DNA from: Spirochaetia bacterium
GTDB lineage: Bacteria > Spirochaetota > Spirochaetia > SZUA-6 > Bin103
Direction of reading: 5' to 3'
DNA length: 64,000 nt
NCBI GenBank assembly: GCA_965203905.1
Contig: CBDBDQ010000005.1
Coordinates: forward strand, 2,336,001-2,400,000
Within the stretch, counting starts at the first letter, position 1. The number at the start of each line of letters is the position of its first letter. Positions 39,464 through 48,162 of this stretch are shown here, one piece after another. The notes under the pieces are model-generated. The model ran no database searches. It had not been told where the DNA came from and was given only the letters and a program-made list of their open reading frames with translations. Position numbers and translations under genes: made by a program.

Positions 39464-40903
39464 TCAACGCACGATGGCGGTCAGTTGCTGCTGCAGGTCC
39501 AGGCCGAGGTCGCCGGCGAGCGACAGGTAGGCGCTTCCCAGGGTCAGCGCGGCCGCGTGTGCACCAGCCTCCGCCTCGCGGAGCTGTACGGCTGCTTCCT
39601 CCAGCGCCGAATCGCTGATCGCACCGGCATCGTGGCGTCGCACTGCGCGCTCCAACTGCAGGTCAGCGCGCTCCAACCGCAGCGTGGCCAGTTCTTCCGC
39701 GGCCAGCGCGGAACTCAGCTCCAGCCGCGCTCGTTCGAAGCCGCGCTCTACACTGGTACGGGTGGTGGTCAGACTGCGCCGGGCCGTGGCCGCCTGCTCC
39801 CGTGCCTGCTCGCTCGCAAGCGCCCGGCGGTCGCTGTCGTAGAGCGGGTAACTGCCGGTGATCGACAGGCTGAGCGAACCGGGTCGCGAAGCCGAGCGCG
39901 ATTTGCGGTAGTCGAGGCTGACTGAGAGTTCCGGCAGCAGCCCGGCCTGGGCGCGCTCGGCGCGCAGTTCGGCGCTGGCCAGCGCAGCCTCCGCCTCCAA
40001 TACTTCCAGGGCGCTGCCGATCGCACCCGGCGGAGCCGGCTCCGCGAGCAGCGCCCCGGCGTTCCGGCGCAGAGCGTCGAGGTCGGCTTCCGGAACCGTC
40101 AGCGGCCCCGGCGTCAGATCGAGATCGGCGAAGAACTCGGCCCGATCAAGGTTGAGGACGGCACGCTGTTCGGCAGTCGCATTGCGCTGCTCGGCAACGG
40201 TGATCGTCGCATCGATCAAGTCGAGCCGGTCGGCCGCCTGCCGCTCCACCCGCGACCGGGTGTGCGCCAGGTCACGCTCGGCGAACGCCAGGCGCTGCTC
40301 CGCCAACGCCAGAGCAACCTGGCGTGAGGTCAACGACAGGAAGGTGCGTGCAACGTGCAACACCACGTCATTGCGCGCGCGCCACAGGCGCAGACGCGCC
40401 AGGCGAAGCTGATCATCGCGCTCAGACAGTGCCAGCGCGGACGCGGAAAGCCCCGCCGGCGGAAGCAGGCCCTGGGAAACCGACAGACTGTGGGTGTCGG
40501 TCAGGCTGTCGGCGACCGGCTCCGGGCCATCGAGGTCGACTTCGCCGGTGTAGCTGCCGGTGATCTCCATGCCCCACGGAAAGCCTATGGCAGCAGAGAT
40601 CGTACCCCCGGCACCGAAACTGAGGGTGTCGGCGACGTCGCTGGCCGTGCCACTCTGAAGCGGAGCCAGGTCGACGCTTGCCGCCGGAGTGGCACTCAGC
40701 GTGACGGCAACGCCGCCGTGGTCGATCTCGGCAAGGCGCAGGGCGATCGCGGCCGATCGCGCACCTGCGTCCGCCTCCACCACGGAGCGGTGCACGGCGA
40801 GGCCTGCGGCAACTGCGTCGCCGATGCGCAGCGCCTCCTGTGCGTGCGCCGACAGCGCCGCGGTCAGGCCGAGCAGGATCGGCAACCAGCGACCGGCGGT
40901 CAC
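39464..40903 (-). CDS. TolC-family outer membrane efflux protein
   Basis: Signal peptide, helical repeats, LLPELSVS and SYPLYD motifs. Confidence 0.8.
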   Translation of the reverse strand: MTAGRWLPILLGLTAALSAHAQEALRIGDAVAAGLAVHRSVVEADAGARSAAIALRLAEIDHGGVAVTLSATPAASVDLAPLQSGTASDVADTLSFGAGGTISAAIGFPWGMEITGSYTGEVDLDGPEPVADSLTDTHSLSVSQGLLPPAGLSASALALSERDDQLRLARLRLWRARNDVVLHVARTFLSLTSRQVALALAEQRLAFAERDLAHTRSRVERQAADRLDLIDATITVAEQRNATAEQRAVLNLDRAEFFADLDLTPGPLTVPEADLDALRRNAGALLAEPAPPGAIGSALEVLEAEAALASAELRAERAQAGLLPELSVSLDYRKSRSASRPGSLSLSITGSYPLYDSDRRALASEQAREQAATARRSLTTTRTSVERGFERARLELSSALAAEELATLRLERADLQLERAVRRHDAGAISDSALEEAAVQLREAEAGAHAAALTLGSAYLSLAGDLGLDLQQQLTAIVR

Positions 40904-41952
40904 TCCATCCCCGGCAGCTCGAGGCCGGCTGCATCCTGGAGCCGCACCCAGGCGAACCAGGCCGACCAGCGCGCCGCGCGCAGGGTATTGACCGCCGCAA
41001 CCAGGTCCGCCTGCGAGCCGTCGAGGTCGGACCGGGTAACCATGCCGGCGTCGAATTGCTCCCCGGTGCGACGCGTCCGTTCCGCCTGCAGTGCAAGTTG
41101 CAGCTCGCGCAACGTCACCGTGCCGTAGGCCTGCTGCGCGGTTGCGAAGGCGCTGGCGGTTGCGGTCTGCAAGTCCAGTCCGGTGTTTTCCAGCGCCGCC
41201 TGGCTGCTCTCCACGGTGTTGGTCGCCGTCTCCAGATCGAGCCGCGAGGTTTCCTCCGCGGAGAGCAGATCCAGGTTGATCTGGTCGACTTCCAGTTGCT
41301 GCGCGGCGTGGCGGTGCTCCGCGCGCCGCGCGGTGGCGGCGGAGTAGCTGTCCGGCGTGCCCAGCTCCGGCAGCCCCGGCGGCTCCGAGGCGAGCACCGC
41401 CGCGTCCAGAGCCGCGAACGCCAGGCCGCTCTTCTCCACCAGGTTCGGCAGCGTGTTGAAGCGCCTCTGGTTACGAGCGCTCGCCAGGTTCAGTTCGGCG
41501 GTGAGCGCTGCCACCTGTGACTGCAACTGCTGCGTGGCGCCGGTGGCGCCTACCTCCACCCGCGCGTTCGTCAATTCCAGGTCGAGCTGTGCCAGTCGCA
41601 GTCGTTCTTCCAGCAGGGTGAGGTCTTCGTTCGCCTGCTGCAGATCCACGTAGGCTTGCGCGATGGCCAGCAGTTCGCGGACCGTCCCCTGACGGACGTT
41701 GAGTTGTGCCCGCTCCCATTGCAGTGTCGCCACCATCTGGTCCAGGCGCGCATCCGAGGCTGCCGAGGCACGGTCGAACGCGACGCGCGCATTTTCCTGT
41801 TGCAGCGCCAGAGACTCCAGTTCCGGGTTGGCCGTCTGCGCCGCGGTCAGGACCTGTGACAGCGTCAGCGTATCGGTCTGCTGCTGCGCCACTGACGGCA
41901 GCGTGATCGCCAGCAGAAGGGCGATGGCGGACAGGGCGATGCGAGTGTTCAT
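40900..41952 (-). CDS. Short TolC-like protein
   Basis: GGAGA RBS, signal peptide, TLTLSQVLTAAQTANPEL and EQFDAGMVTRSDL. About 350 aa. Confidence 0.75.
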   Translation of the reverse strand: MNTRIALSAIALLLAITLPSVAQQQTDTLTLSQVLTAAQTANPELESLALQQENARVAFDRASAASDARLDQMVATLQWERAQLNVRQGTVRELLAIAQAYVDLQQANEDLTLLEERLRLAQLDLELTNARVEVGATGATQQLQSQVAALTAELNLASARNQRRFNTLPNLVEKSGLAFAALDAAVLASEPPGLPELGTPDSYSAATARRAEHRHAAQQLEVDQINLDLLSAEETSRLDLETATNTVESSQAALENTGLDLQTATASAFATAQQAYGTVTLRELQLALQAERTRRTGEQFDAGMVTRSDLDGSQADLVAAVNTLRAARWSAWFAWVRLQDAAGLELPGME

Positions 41953-42171
41953 GTAATCTCCTCCGATAGGGAACTCCAGAGGATCTCCCGCGGACGGCGG
42001 CAGGAGCGGTCGATGCCGCGACGGCCCCGCCCGCCACGGCAGGTCCCCTGGCGCTGCGTGGGGTTGTCGGTGTGTGCCGTTCGCAAGTATACCGGCTGGA
42101 CTGGGCGGCACCGTTACGAATCCGATCAATTCTCGGTAAACGTGCGCCGCCCTTCGGCAGGCCCAATGCAA

Positions 42172-42198
42172 AGAGCCCCGCGTGAGGCGGGGCTCTCT
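42172..42198. terminator. Intrinsic terminator of hsp20 copy 1
   Basis: AGAGCCCCGC-GTGAG-GCGGGGCTCT hairpin followed by TTT on the minus strand. Confidence 0.75.
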
Positions 42199-42221
42199 GT
42201 CGGACAGCGGTGGCCGCTGTG

Positions 42222-42656
42222 TCAGGCGCCGCTGGTCACGGCGATCTGCTTGCGCTGCGCCGTGGCCGTCTTGGGCACGGTCACCGTCAGCAGTCCATCC
42301 CGAAAGCTGGCGCTGATCTGCTCGGGGTCGACGTCCTGCGGCAGCGCGAAGGAGCGCTTGAAGGTGCCGCTGCGCCGCTCGCGGATCACGTAGCCGTGCT
42401 CGTCGCGCTCGCTCTCCTGCTCGGACTGCGAGGCGATGGTGAGCAGGTTGTGCTCCACGTTGACGGTGAAGTCCTTCTCGGTGAGACCGGGCAGCTCGGC
42501 CTCCAGGTGGTAGCCGTCGGCTTGCTCGCGGACGTCCACGCGGGGCGCGGCGGTGGCGAAGGTAGGACGGCTCCAGTCCTGGAACAGGGAGTCGAACCAG
42601 CGGTCGAGGTTCACCGGCGAAAGGCGATACGGTCGATAGGTAACCAGGCTTCTCAT
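42222..42656 (-). CDS. Hsp20/alpha-crystallin small heat shock protein
   Basis: PRVDVRE, AELPGL, ERRSGTFKRSFALP and DGLLTVTVPK motifs. AGGAGG RBS. Confidence 0.95.
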   Translation of the reverse strand: MRSLVTYRPYRLSPVNLDRWFDSLFQDWSRPTFATAAPRVDVREQADGYHLEAELPGLTEKDFTVNVEHNLLTIASQSEQESERDEHGYVIRERRSGTFKRSFALPQDVDPEQISASFRDGLLTVTVPKTATAQRKQIAVTSGA

Positions 42657-42694
42657 GTCTTTCCTCCTATGAGATTGGTCTGTACCAATCAATA

Positions 42695-42711
42695 AGCAGC
42701 AACCGTGCCAA
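42695..42711 (-). promoter_or_regulatory. Sigma54 (-24/-12) promoter of hsp20 copy 1
   Basis: Minus strand reads TTGGCACGGTTGCTGCT, matching TGGCACG-N4-(T)TGC. Confidence 0.8.
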
Positions 42712-42914
42712 CCTGCTTACACCCTCGATTCAGGCGACTCTGAGGCGTTTCCCGCCGCGTTTTCGGAGCATCCGGGTGGCCCAACGGGTCGAAACGACAC
42801 GCCGCTTGCGGGAGTCGGTTCAGTTGGGACATTTTCGCCCACCGACGCCGCTCGCGGCAGAAATTCTGTTACCGGTAGCACAGCGGCGGCGGTGGTGAGA
42901 CTCGAAATCGAACG

Positions 42915-45284
42915 TCATCCCTCGCGGGCAAGTGCGGAGCGGAGTCGGTCGAGTTCACCGGCGCCCGCGTTGTCGGCCAACCCGGCGTGCTCGGCGGTCT
43001 CGACCAGCAGGCGCATGTGCGTAAGGTCCGCGGCATACTCTTTCAGACGCCGCTCGTGCCCGGCACGGGTCTTGGTGCACACCAGGGTGTACGGACTTCC
43101 TTTGCGCTCGGTCTCGTGGAGCAGGTCGAGGCCGTCGCGGTCGATGGTCTCGTGGACATGCCGCCGCAGTTCCTTGCGTAGCGGAAGCCGGAGCACCTGC
43201 GCCTGCGGGTCGGCGTAGAACCGTTGCAGGCGGCCACAGTGCGGGCAGCGACATGAGATGGTGGCATCCAGCGCCCAGTCGCTCGGCGCCGCCGGGAGCT
43301 GTGCGCTTCGTGCCAGCAGGAAGCCGGCGGCGTGGCGCCACAGTGTCACGAACGCGGGTCCTGCCGCGGCGTTGTCCGTGTGTCGCGCCAGTCCGGCCAG
43401 CGCGCTCGGCAGCGCCCGATCGGGCGGCGCCGCGACGGGATGCTCGATCAACAACGTCGCGGCTGCGAGTGCCTCCCCGTTCAGGTCGAAGTGCCAGGCC
43501 AGCGCCAGCAGGTTGCGGATCGCGGCCGCCCCGAGCGGTTGCGGCGGATTGTGCGGTGGCCGACTCCGCGCCGCGTCGGTGCGCATCTCCAGGGCGCCGG
43601 AGATGGATTGCAGCAGAAGCTGGGCGGCGGCGCGCAACGAGCGTTGCCAGTCGGCGTCGTGCCCGTCGGGAATCCGGCTGAGCCGCCACACCAGATCGAT
43701 CACGCCGTCCGTGCTGCGCAGCAGATTCGCGCGGATGAACTCCGGCAGCCAATCGCGGAGCGCCTCGGGCGTGATCACGGCCGCCAACTCCTCGTTGGCG
43801 CCGCCGCGGTAGATCGAGGTAGCGACCTCGCGTAGGTAGCGCAGCGTCGTGGGTCGGTCCCCGAGCCGGCACAGCAGCCGGAGCGCCTCTCGGCAGCTCT
43901 TGTCGATGTCGGTCCGGAGCCCAGGCGGCGGCTTCGGCCATGCGTCGATGATCTGCGTGGCAAGAGCGCGCAAGCGGCTGTCCTCGGCCTCCGACCGGTC
44001 GCTGCGCTCCAACTCCCCGTCCACGTACGCAACCAGGGCGCCGATACCGGCGCCGGCCAGGGTGGTGACGGTCCGCGCCCGCGGCCACAACACCAGCGCC
44101 GCCGAGCGATAGGCACGCTCGATCTCCACCCCCGCGTTCCCCGTGGCCTCGTTTGCCCACTCTTCGTCCGGGTCGACGCCATCCAGAGCGCCGGCCGGCA
44201 GCAGTTCGCCCGCCCGTAGCGGCAGCTTCCCATAGTGCGGCCTGGTATCGTCCGGCGCTACCCAGCCATCGAGCCAATGATCCGATTCGATCACCTCGCC
44301 GGCCTCCAGGTCGCTGTCGTCGAGGTCGACCCCGTACGGCAGGTCCTGCGGGTACTCGGCCACGCACGCTTCTTCGATGTGGAGGATCGCCGCGTACAAG
44401 GCACAATCCGCGCGCCGCGCCGCTGCCGCCAGGGCGCGCGCCACGGCGGCGTCGGTGTTCTTCAAGGCCGCGAACGAGAGTCCCTCCTCGCTGTACTCGT
44501 GCTCCAGCAGCCAGACGATCTTTTGCGCGCCGTGCGTAGTGCGGTCCCACCGCTCCAGCAGGGCGGCGATGCGCTCCGCCTCCGCGTCGTGGTCCGGTGC
44601 CCGGTCCAGCCGGCTACCGCCCCCACCGCGCAGTACGAGTTGGTAGACGAGGACGATTCGGTGGCCGGTGGCGACCGGACGGATCTCGTGGACGCAGTCG
44701 GCGTAGAACGCCGCGAACGCGAGTTCCGACGGATCCTCGATGCGCAGGTCGATCACCGTCTCACGGCTTTTATGGTGGATCACCAACTCGCCGCCGGTAC
44801 CGGCGACCGGCAGCGAGATCACCAACGTGGCGACCATACCGGTCGCCTTCTCGCTGTCGCGGTGGGCGCTGAAGAAGCCTCCCGGCTCGTACACCAGGAG
44901 TTTGTAGAGGAGCGCCTCGGTGCGCTCGCGCGGGCAGCCGAGTCCGTCGGCGGCACGACCGACGATTTGCGCCAGGGTGTCGCTCCAGGCCCCGCCGCCC
45001 ACCGCCACCCGGTCCGCGTCGATCTGCCAGCAGTCGCGTACCGAACGGTCCAGCACCGTGTCCGGTCCCCTGCCGTACGGTGCCCGTTCCGCCGTCGCCA
45101 CCAGAGCCTCGGCCTGGGCAGGCGGAACCGGAAACGGGATCAGCCCGGCGCCCGCAACCTCCAGGCGTGGCAACGGCGCGAACAACCGGCCGTGCGTACA
45201 GTACTCGCCGGGGCGGTCAATCGACGCAATCACGGCTTCCAGGTCTGACTGGGCGGGGTGGTATTCAATCTCGAAGTCCGGCAT
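42915..45284 (-). CDS. Large 2OG-Fe(II) oxygenase-domain protein
   Basis: LYKLLVYEPGGFFSAHRDSEK, AFYADCVHEI.PV..GHRIVLVY and C-terminal CRCPHC motifs. Confidence 0.85.
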   Translation of the reverse strand: MPDFEIEYHPAQSDLEAVIASIDRPGEYCTHGRLFAPLPRLEVAGAGLIPFPVPPAQAEALVATAERAPYGRGPDTVLDRSVRDCWQIDADRVAVGGGAWSDTLAQIVGRAADGLGCPRERTEALLYKLLVYEPGGFFSAHRDSEKATGMVATLVISLPVAGTGGELVIHHKSRETVIDLRIEDPSELAFAAFYADCVHEIRPVATGHRIVLVYQLVLRGGGGSRLDRAPDHDAEAERIAALLERWDRTTHGAQKIVWLLEHEYSEEGLSFAALKNTDAAVARALAAAARRADCALYAAILHIEEACVAEYPQDLPYGVDLDDSDLEAGEVIESDHWLDGWVAPDDTRPHYGKLPLRAGELLPAGALDGVDPDEEWANEATGNAGVEIERAYRSAALVLWPRARTVTTLAGAGIGALVAYVDGELERSDRSEAEDSRLRALATQIIDAWPKPPPGLRTDIDKSCREALRLLCRLGDRPTTLRYLREVATSIYRGGANEELAAVITPEALRDWLPEFIRANLLRSTDGVIDLVWRLSRIPDGHDADWQRSLRAAAQLLLQSISGALEMRTDAARSRPPHNPPQPLGAAAIRNLLALAWHFDLNGEALAAATLLIEHPVAAPPDRALPSALAGLARHTDNAAAGPAFVTLWRHAAGFLLARSAQLPAAPSDWALDATISCRCPHCGRLQRFYADPQAQVLRLPLRKELRRHVHETIDRDGLDLLHETERKGSPYTLVCTKTRAGHERRLKEYAADLTHMRLLVETAEHAGLADNAGAGELDRLRSALAREG

Positions 45285-45290
45285 CGATCG

Positions 45291-46604
45291 TTACCAGTAG
45301 CGCAGGGCGTCGGCAAACAGGGCGCTCAGATCGGTTTCCGAGGCCGGGCGCGGCGCCAGCTTGGTGACCCGGTGCTGCGGCACGGTGCCCGCCACCAGCG
45401 CCGGGATGTGCTGTTCCGTGAACCCGACGGCGGCCAAGCCCGCCGGCATGTCGACCGCCCGCATCAGGTCGATGATGGTGTCGGCGAGGATGGTCCCGGC
45501 AGCGGCCGGATCGGCACCCTCCACCTCGGCTCCCATCAGGCGCGCGGCGCGCAGGTGGCGCTGCGGGTCGGCGGCGGCGGTGAAGCGGAACACCGCCGGG
45601 GCGTTGAGGATCACCGACATGCCGTGCGGACACATCGGGTGGTCGTCGGGATAGCCGACGGGATGGTAGCCGGGACCGGCGGTCTGCCGCCCGGCCACCA
45701 TGCTGGAAACCGGGTAGGACATGCCGTGCGGCAGGTGGACGCCGGCGTTGCCGAAACCGTAGCCGGCGAAGGTGGCTGCGAGCAGCATGGCGGTGCGCGC
45801 CTCTTCGTCATCCGCATCGCGCATGGCGCGTACCAGGTTGCCGGCCACCAGCTCGATGGCGCGTTCGGCCCACAGGTCGCTGATCGGATTGGCGCCCTGG
45901 TAGGCCGGACGCAGCGCCGGCTCGGCGGGCGCCTCGCGCGCCGTGTAGGGGAGGGCGGTGAACGACTCCACGGCGTGGCACAGCACGTCGAGGCCGGTGC
46001 TGGCCGCCACCACCGGCGGCAGGGTGCGCGTGTTGTCGGGATCGACTATACCGAGCGTGGGCCTCAGAGCGCGGTGCGCGATGCCGGTCTTGGCGCCCAT
46101 CTCCAGGTAGTCGAAGATCGCCACGCCGGTGGTCTCGCTGCCGGTGCCGGCGGTGGTGGGCACCGCCACCAGCGGCTTCAGCGGCCCCGGCACCGGCTCG
46201 CCGCGCCCGATCGGATGGTTGACGTAGGTGAGCAGGTCGGCCGGATAGGTGGTGTACAGGTTGGCCGCCTTGGCGGTGTCCATGCTGGAGCCGCCGCCCA
46301 CCGCGGCAAAGCCGTCGCAGCCGCTGTCGCGGGCGGCGCGGATCGCCTCCTGGAACGAAGCGTCGCTGGGCTCGATACGGGAATCGGTGAACAGCACGGT
46401 GTCGATCCCCGCGGCCCGGATCGAATCGCGCGCCACCGCCACCGGCTCCGACTGCGCCATCACCGGATCGGTAACCAGGAACGCGCGCCGCACGCCGAGC
46501 GCGCGCAGTTCGAAGCCCAACTCGCGGGTGGCGCCGGCACCGAACTTGATGCGCGCCCCCTCCATGTTCAGGATCGTCTCAGTAGCCATGTCTGTACTCG
46601 TCAC
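45291..46604 (-). CDS. Hydroxyacid-oxoacid transhydrogenase (Fe-ADH family)
   Basis: GGGSSMDTAK, PTTAGTGSETT, RPAYQGANP and FGNAGVHLPHGMSYP motifs. Confidence 0.9.
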   Translation of the reverse strand: MTSTDMATETILNMEGARIKFGAGATRELGFELRALGVRRAFLVTDPVMAQSEPVAVARDSIRAAGIDTVLFTDSRIEPSDASFQEAIRAARDSGCDGFAAVGGGSSMDTAKAANLYTTYPADLLTYVNHPIGRGEPVPGPLKPLVAVPTTAGTGSETTGVAIFDYLEMGAKTGIAHRALRPTLGIVDPDNTRTLPPVVAASTGLDVLCHAVESFTALPYTAREAPAEPALRPAYQGANPISDLWAERAIELVAGNLVRAMRDADDEEARTAMLLAATFAGYGFGNAGVHLPHGMSYPVSSMVAGRQTAGPGYHPVGYPDDHPMCPHGMSVILNAPAVFRFTAAADPQRHLRAARLMGAEVEGADPAAAGTILADTIIDLMRAVDMPAGLAAVGFTEQHIPALVAGTVPQHRVTKLAPRPASETDLSALFADALRYW

Positions 46605-46864
46605 GATGCCCGGTCCGGGCGCCGCGTGCCTATCCCTCGATGCCGGACATCACCCGCTCTTGCAGCGCGGCGATGCAGCGCAGCAGGATTGCAGCAGTCA
46701 GCGCGGCAATGCCCTGCCCGGGACCAACTCGCGCAGGAAGCGGTCGACTGGAATGCAACGCACACCGTGGCTGCTCGTGGGAGCGTCGAAGAATCTCTGC
46801 ACAATCGCCATTTCGGGGCTCAATTTCTCAGCCACGCTGCGAAAATGCTACCTGCGAATGCAAA

Positions 46865-46888
46865 GAGCCCCGCGCAGAGGCGGGGCTC
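46865..46888. terminator. Intrinsic terminator of hsp20 copy 2
   Basis: GAGCCCCGC-GCAGAG-GCGGGGCTC hairpin. Confidence 0.7.
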
Positions 46889-46916
46889 GGTATCGGATTG
46901 GCGGGTGGCCGCTGTG

Positions 46917-47351
46917 TCAGGCGCCGCTGGTGACGGCGATCTGCTTGCGCTGCGCCGTGGCCGACTTGGGCACGGTCACGGTGAGCAGCCCATCCTGAAA
47001 GCGGGCGCTGATCTGCTCGGGGTCGACGTCCTGCGGCAGCGCGAAGGAGCGCTTGAAGGTGCCGCTGCGCCGCTCGCGGATCACGTAACCGTGCTCGTCG
47101 CGCTCGCTCTCCTGCTCGGACTGCGAGGCGATGGTGAGCAGGTTGTGCTCCACGTTGACGGTGAAGTCCTTCTCGGTGAGACCGGGCAGCTCGACCTCCA
47201 GGTGGTAGCCGTCGGCCTGCTCGCGCACGTCGACGCGGGGCGCGGCGGTGGCGAAGGCGGGGCGGCTCCAGTCCTGGAACAGGGAGTCGAACCAGCGGTC
47301 GAGGTTCACCGGCGAAGGGCGATAGGGGCGATAGGTAACCAGGCTTCTCAT
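46917..47351 (-). CDS. Hsp20 small heat shock protein, second copy
   Basis: 144 aa, differing from copy 1 at about 6 residues. Confidence 0.95.
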   Translation of the reverse strand: MRSLVTYRPYRPSPVNLDRWFDSLFQDWSRPAFATAAPRVDVREQADGYHLEVELPGLTEKDFTVNVEHNLLTIASQSEQESERDEHGYVIRERRSGTFKRSFALPQDVDPEQISARFQDGLLTVTVPKSATAQRKQIAVTSGA

Positions 47352-47389
47352 GTCATTCCTCCTATGAGATTGGTCTGTACCAACCAATA

Positions 47390-47406
47390 AGCAGCAACCG
47401 TGCCAA
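47390..47406 (-). promoter_or_regulatory. Sigma54 promoter of hsp20 copy 2
   Basis: Identical TTGGCACGGTTGCTGCT. Confidence 0.8.
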
Positions 47407-47610
47407 CTTGGTGCGGCCCTGATTTCTGGCCGTTCTGAGGGGTTTCCCGCCGCCTCGGTGTGCTGACCGGGTGGTCGAATGGGTCGAAACGACCCGCCAC
47501 TTACGGGAGGCCGTTCTGTTGGGACACTTTCTCCCAGCTCAGCCCGTGGCATCGTACAATCTGTTACCGCTATGGGCGCCCGGCATACGCTGCGGGTCCC
47601 GGAGGCAGCC

Positions 47611-48147
47611 ATGAGCGATCAGCCACCCGTCCATGTCCATCATCACGGCCCGCCGCGAGTACGGTTCTGCAGCGGCTGTGCCGCGCCGCTGGAGCGCCGC
47701 AGCGTGGAAGGCAAGACACTGCCGGTTTGCCCGCGCTGCGGCCAGGTGGTGTACGCCGATCCCAAGGTGGCGGCGGGCACGATCATCGAGGACGCCGGCC
47801 GTGTTCTGCTGCTGCGCCGCGCCATCTCGCCGGCGCGCGGGCTGTGGACCTTTCCCGGCGGCTACGTGGATCGCGGCGAGCCGGTGCCCGAGGCCGCCGC
47901 CCGCGAGGCACATGAAGAGGCGGGGGTGACGGTTGCGGTGGGGGAACTGCTCGGCGTCTACTCCGCGCGCAACGTGCCGGTGGTGCTGATCGTCTACCGC
48001 GCCCGGATCGCGGCCGGCACGGCGCAGCCCGGTCCGGAGGCGCTGGAGCTGCGCTGGGCGGGACCGGATTCGATCCCCTGGGAGGAACTGGCGTTTCCGA
48101 GCACCGCCACGGCACTGAACGACTGGCGGCGGACGCTGGAGGAGTAG
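47611..48147 (+). CDS. NUDIX hydrolase with N-terminal Zn ribbon
   Basis: FCSGC...CPRC and Nudix box PGGYVDRGEPVPEAAAREAHEEAG. Confidence 0.9.
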   Translation: MSDQPPVHVHHHGPPRVRFCSGCAAPLERRSVEGKTLPVCPRCGQVVYADPKVAAGTIIEDAGRVLLLRRAISPARGLWTFPGGYVDRGEPVPEAAAREAHEEAGVTVAVGELLGVYSARNVPVVLIVYRARIAAGTAQPGPEALELRWAGPDSIPWEELAFPSTATALNDWRRTLEE

Positions 48148-48162
48148 CGGACGCGGCGGGCG

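Larger units (their letters stand above)
42165..42874 (-). repeat. hsp20 unit copy 1 (terminator, gene and upstream region), direct repeat of 46857-47569
   Basis: Near-identical CDS and UTR, with diverged but alignable upstream sequence out to TCTGTTACCG. Confidence 0.9.
46857..47569 (-). repeat. hsp20 unit copy 2
   Basis: Direct repeat of 42165-42874. Confidence 0.9.
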
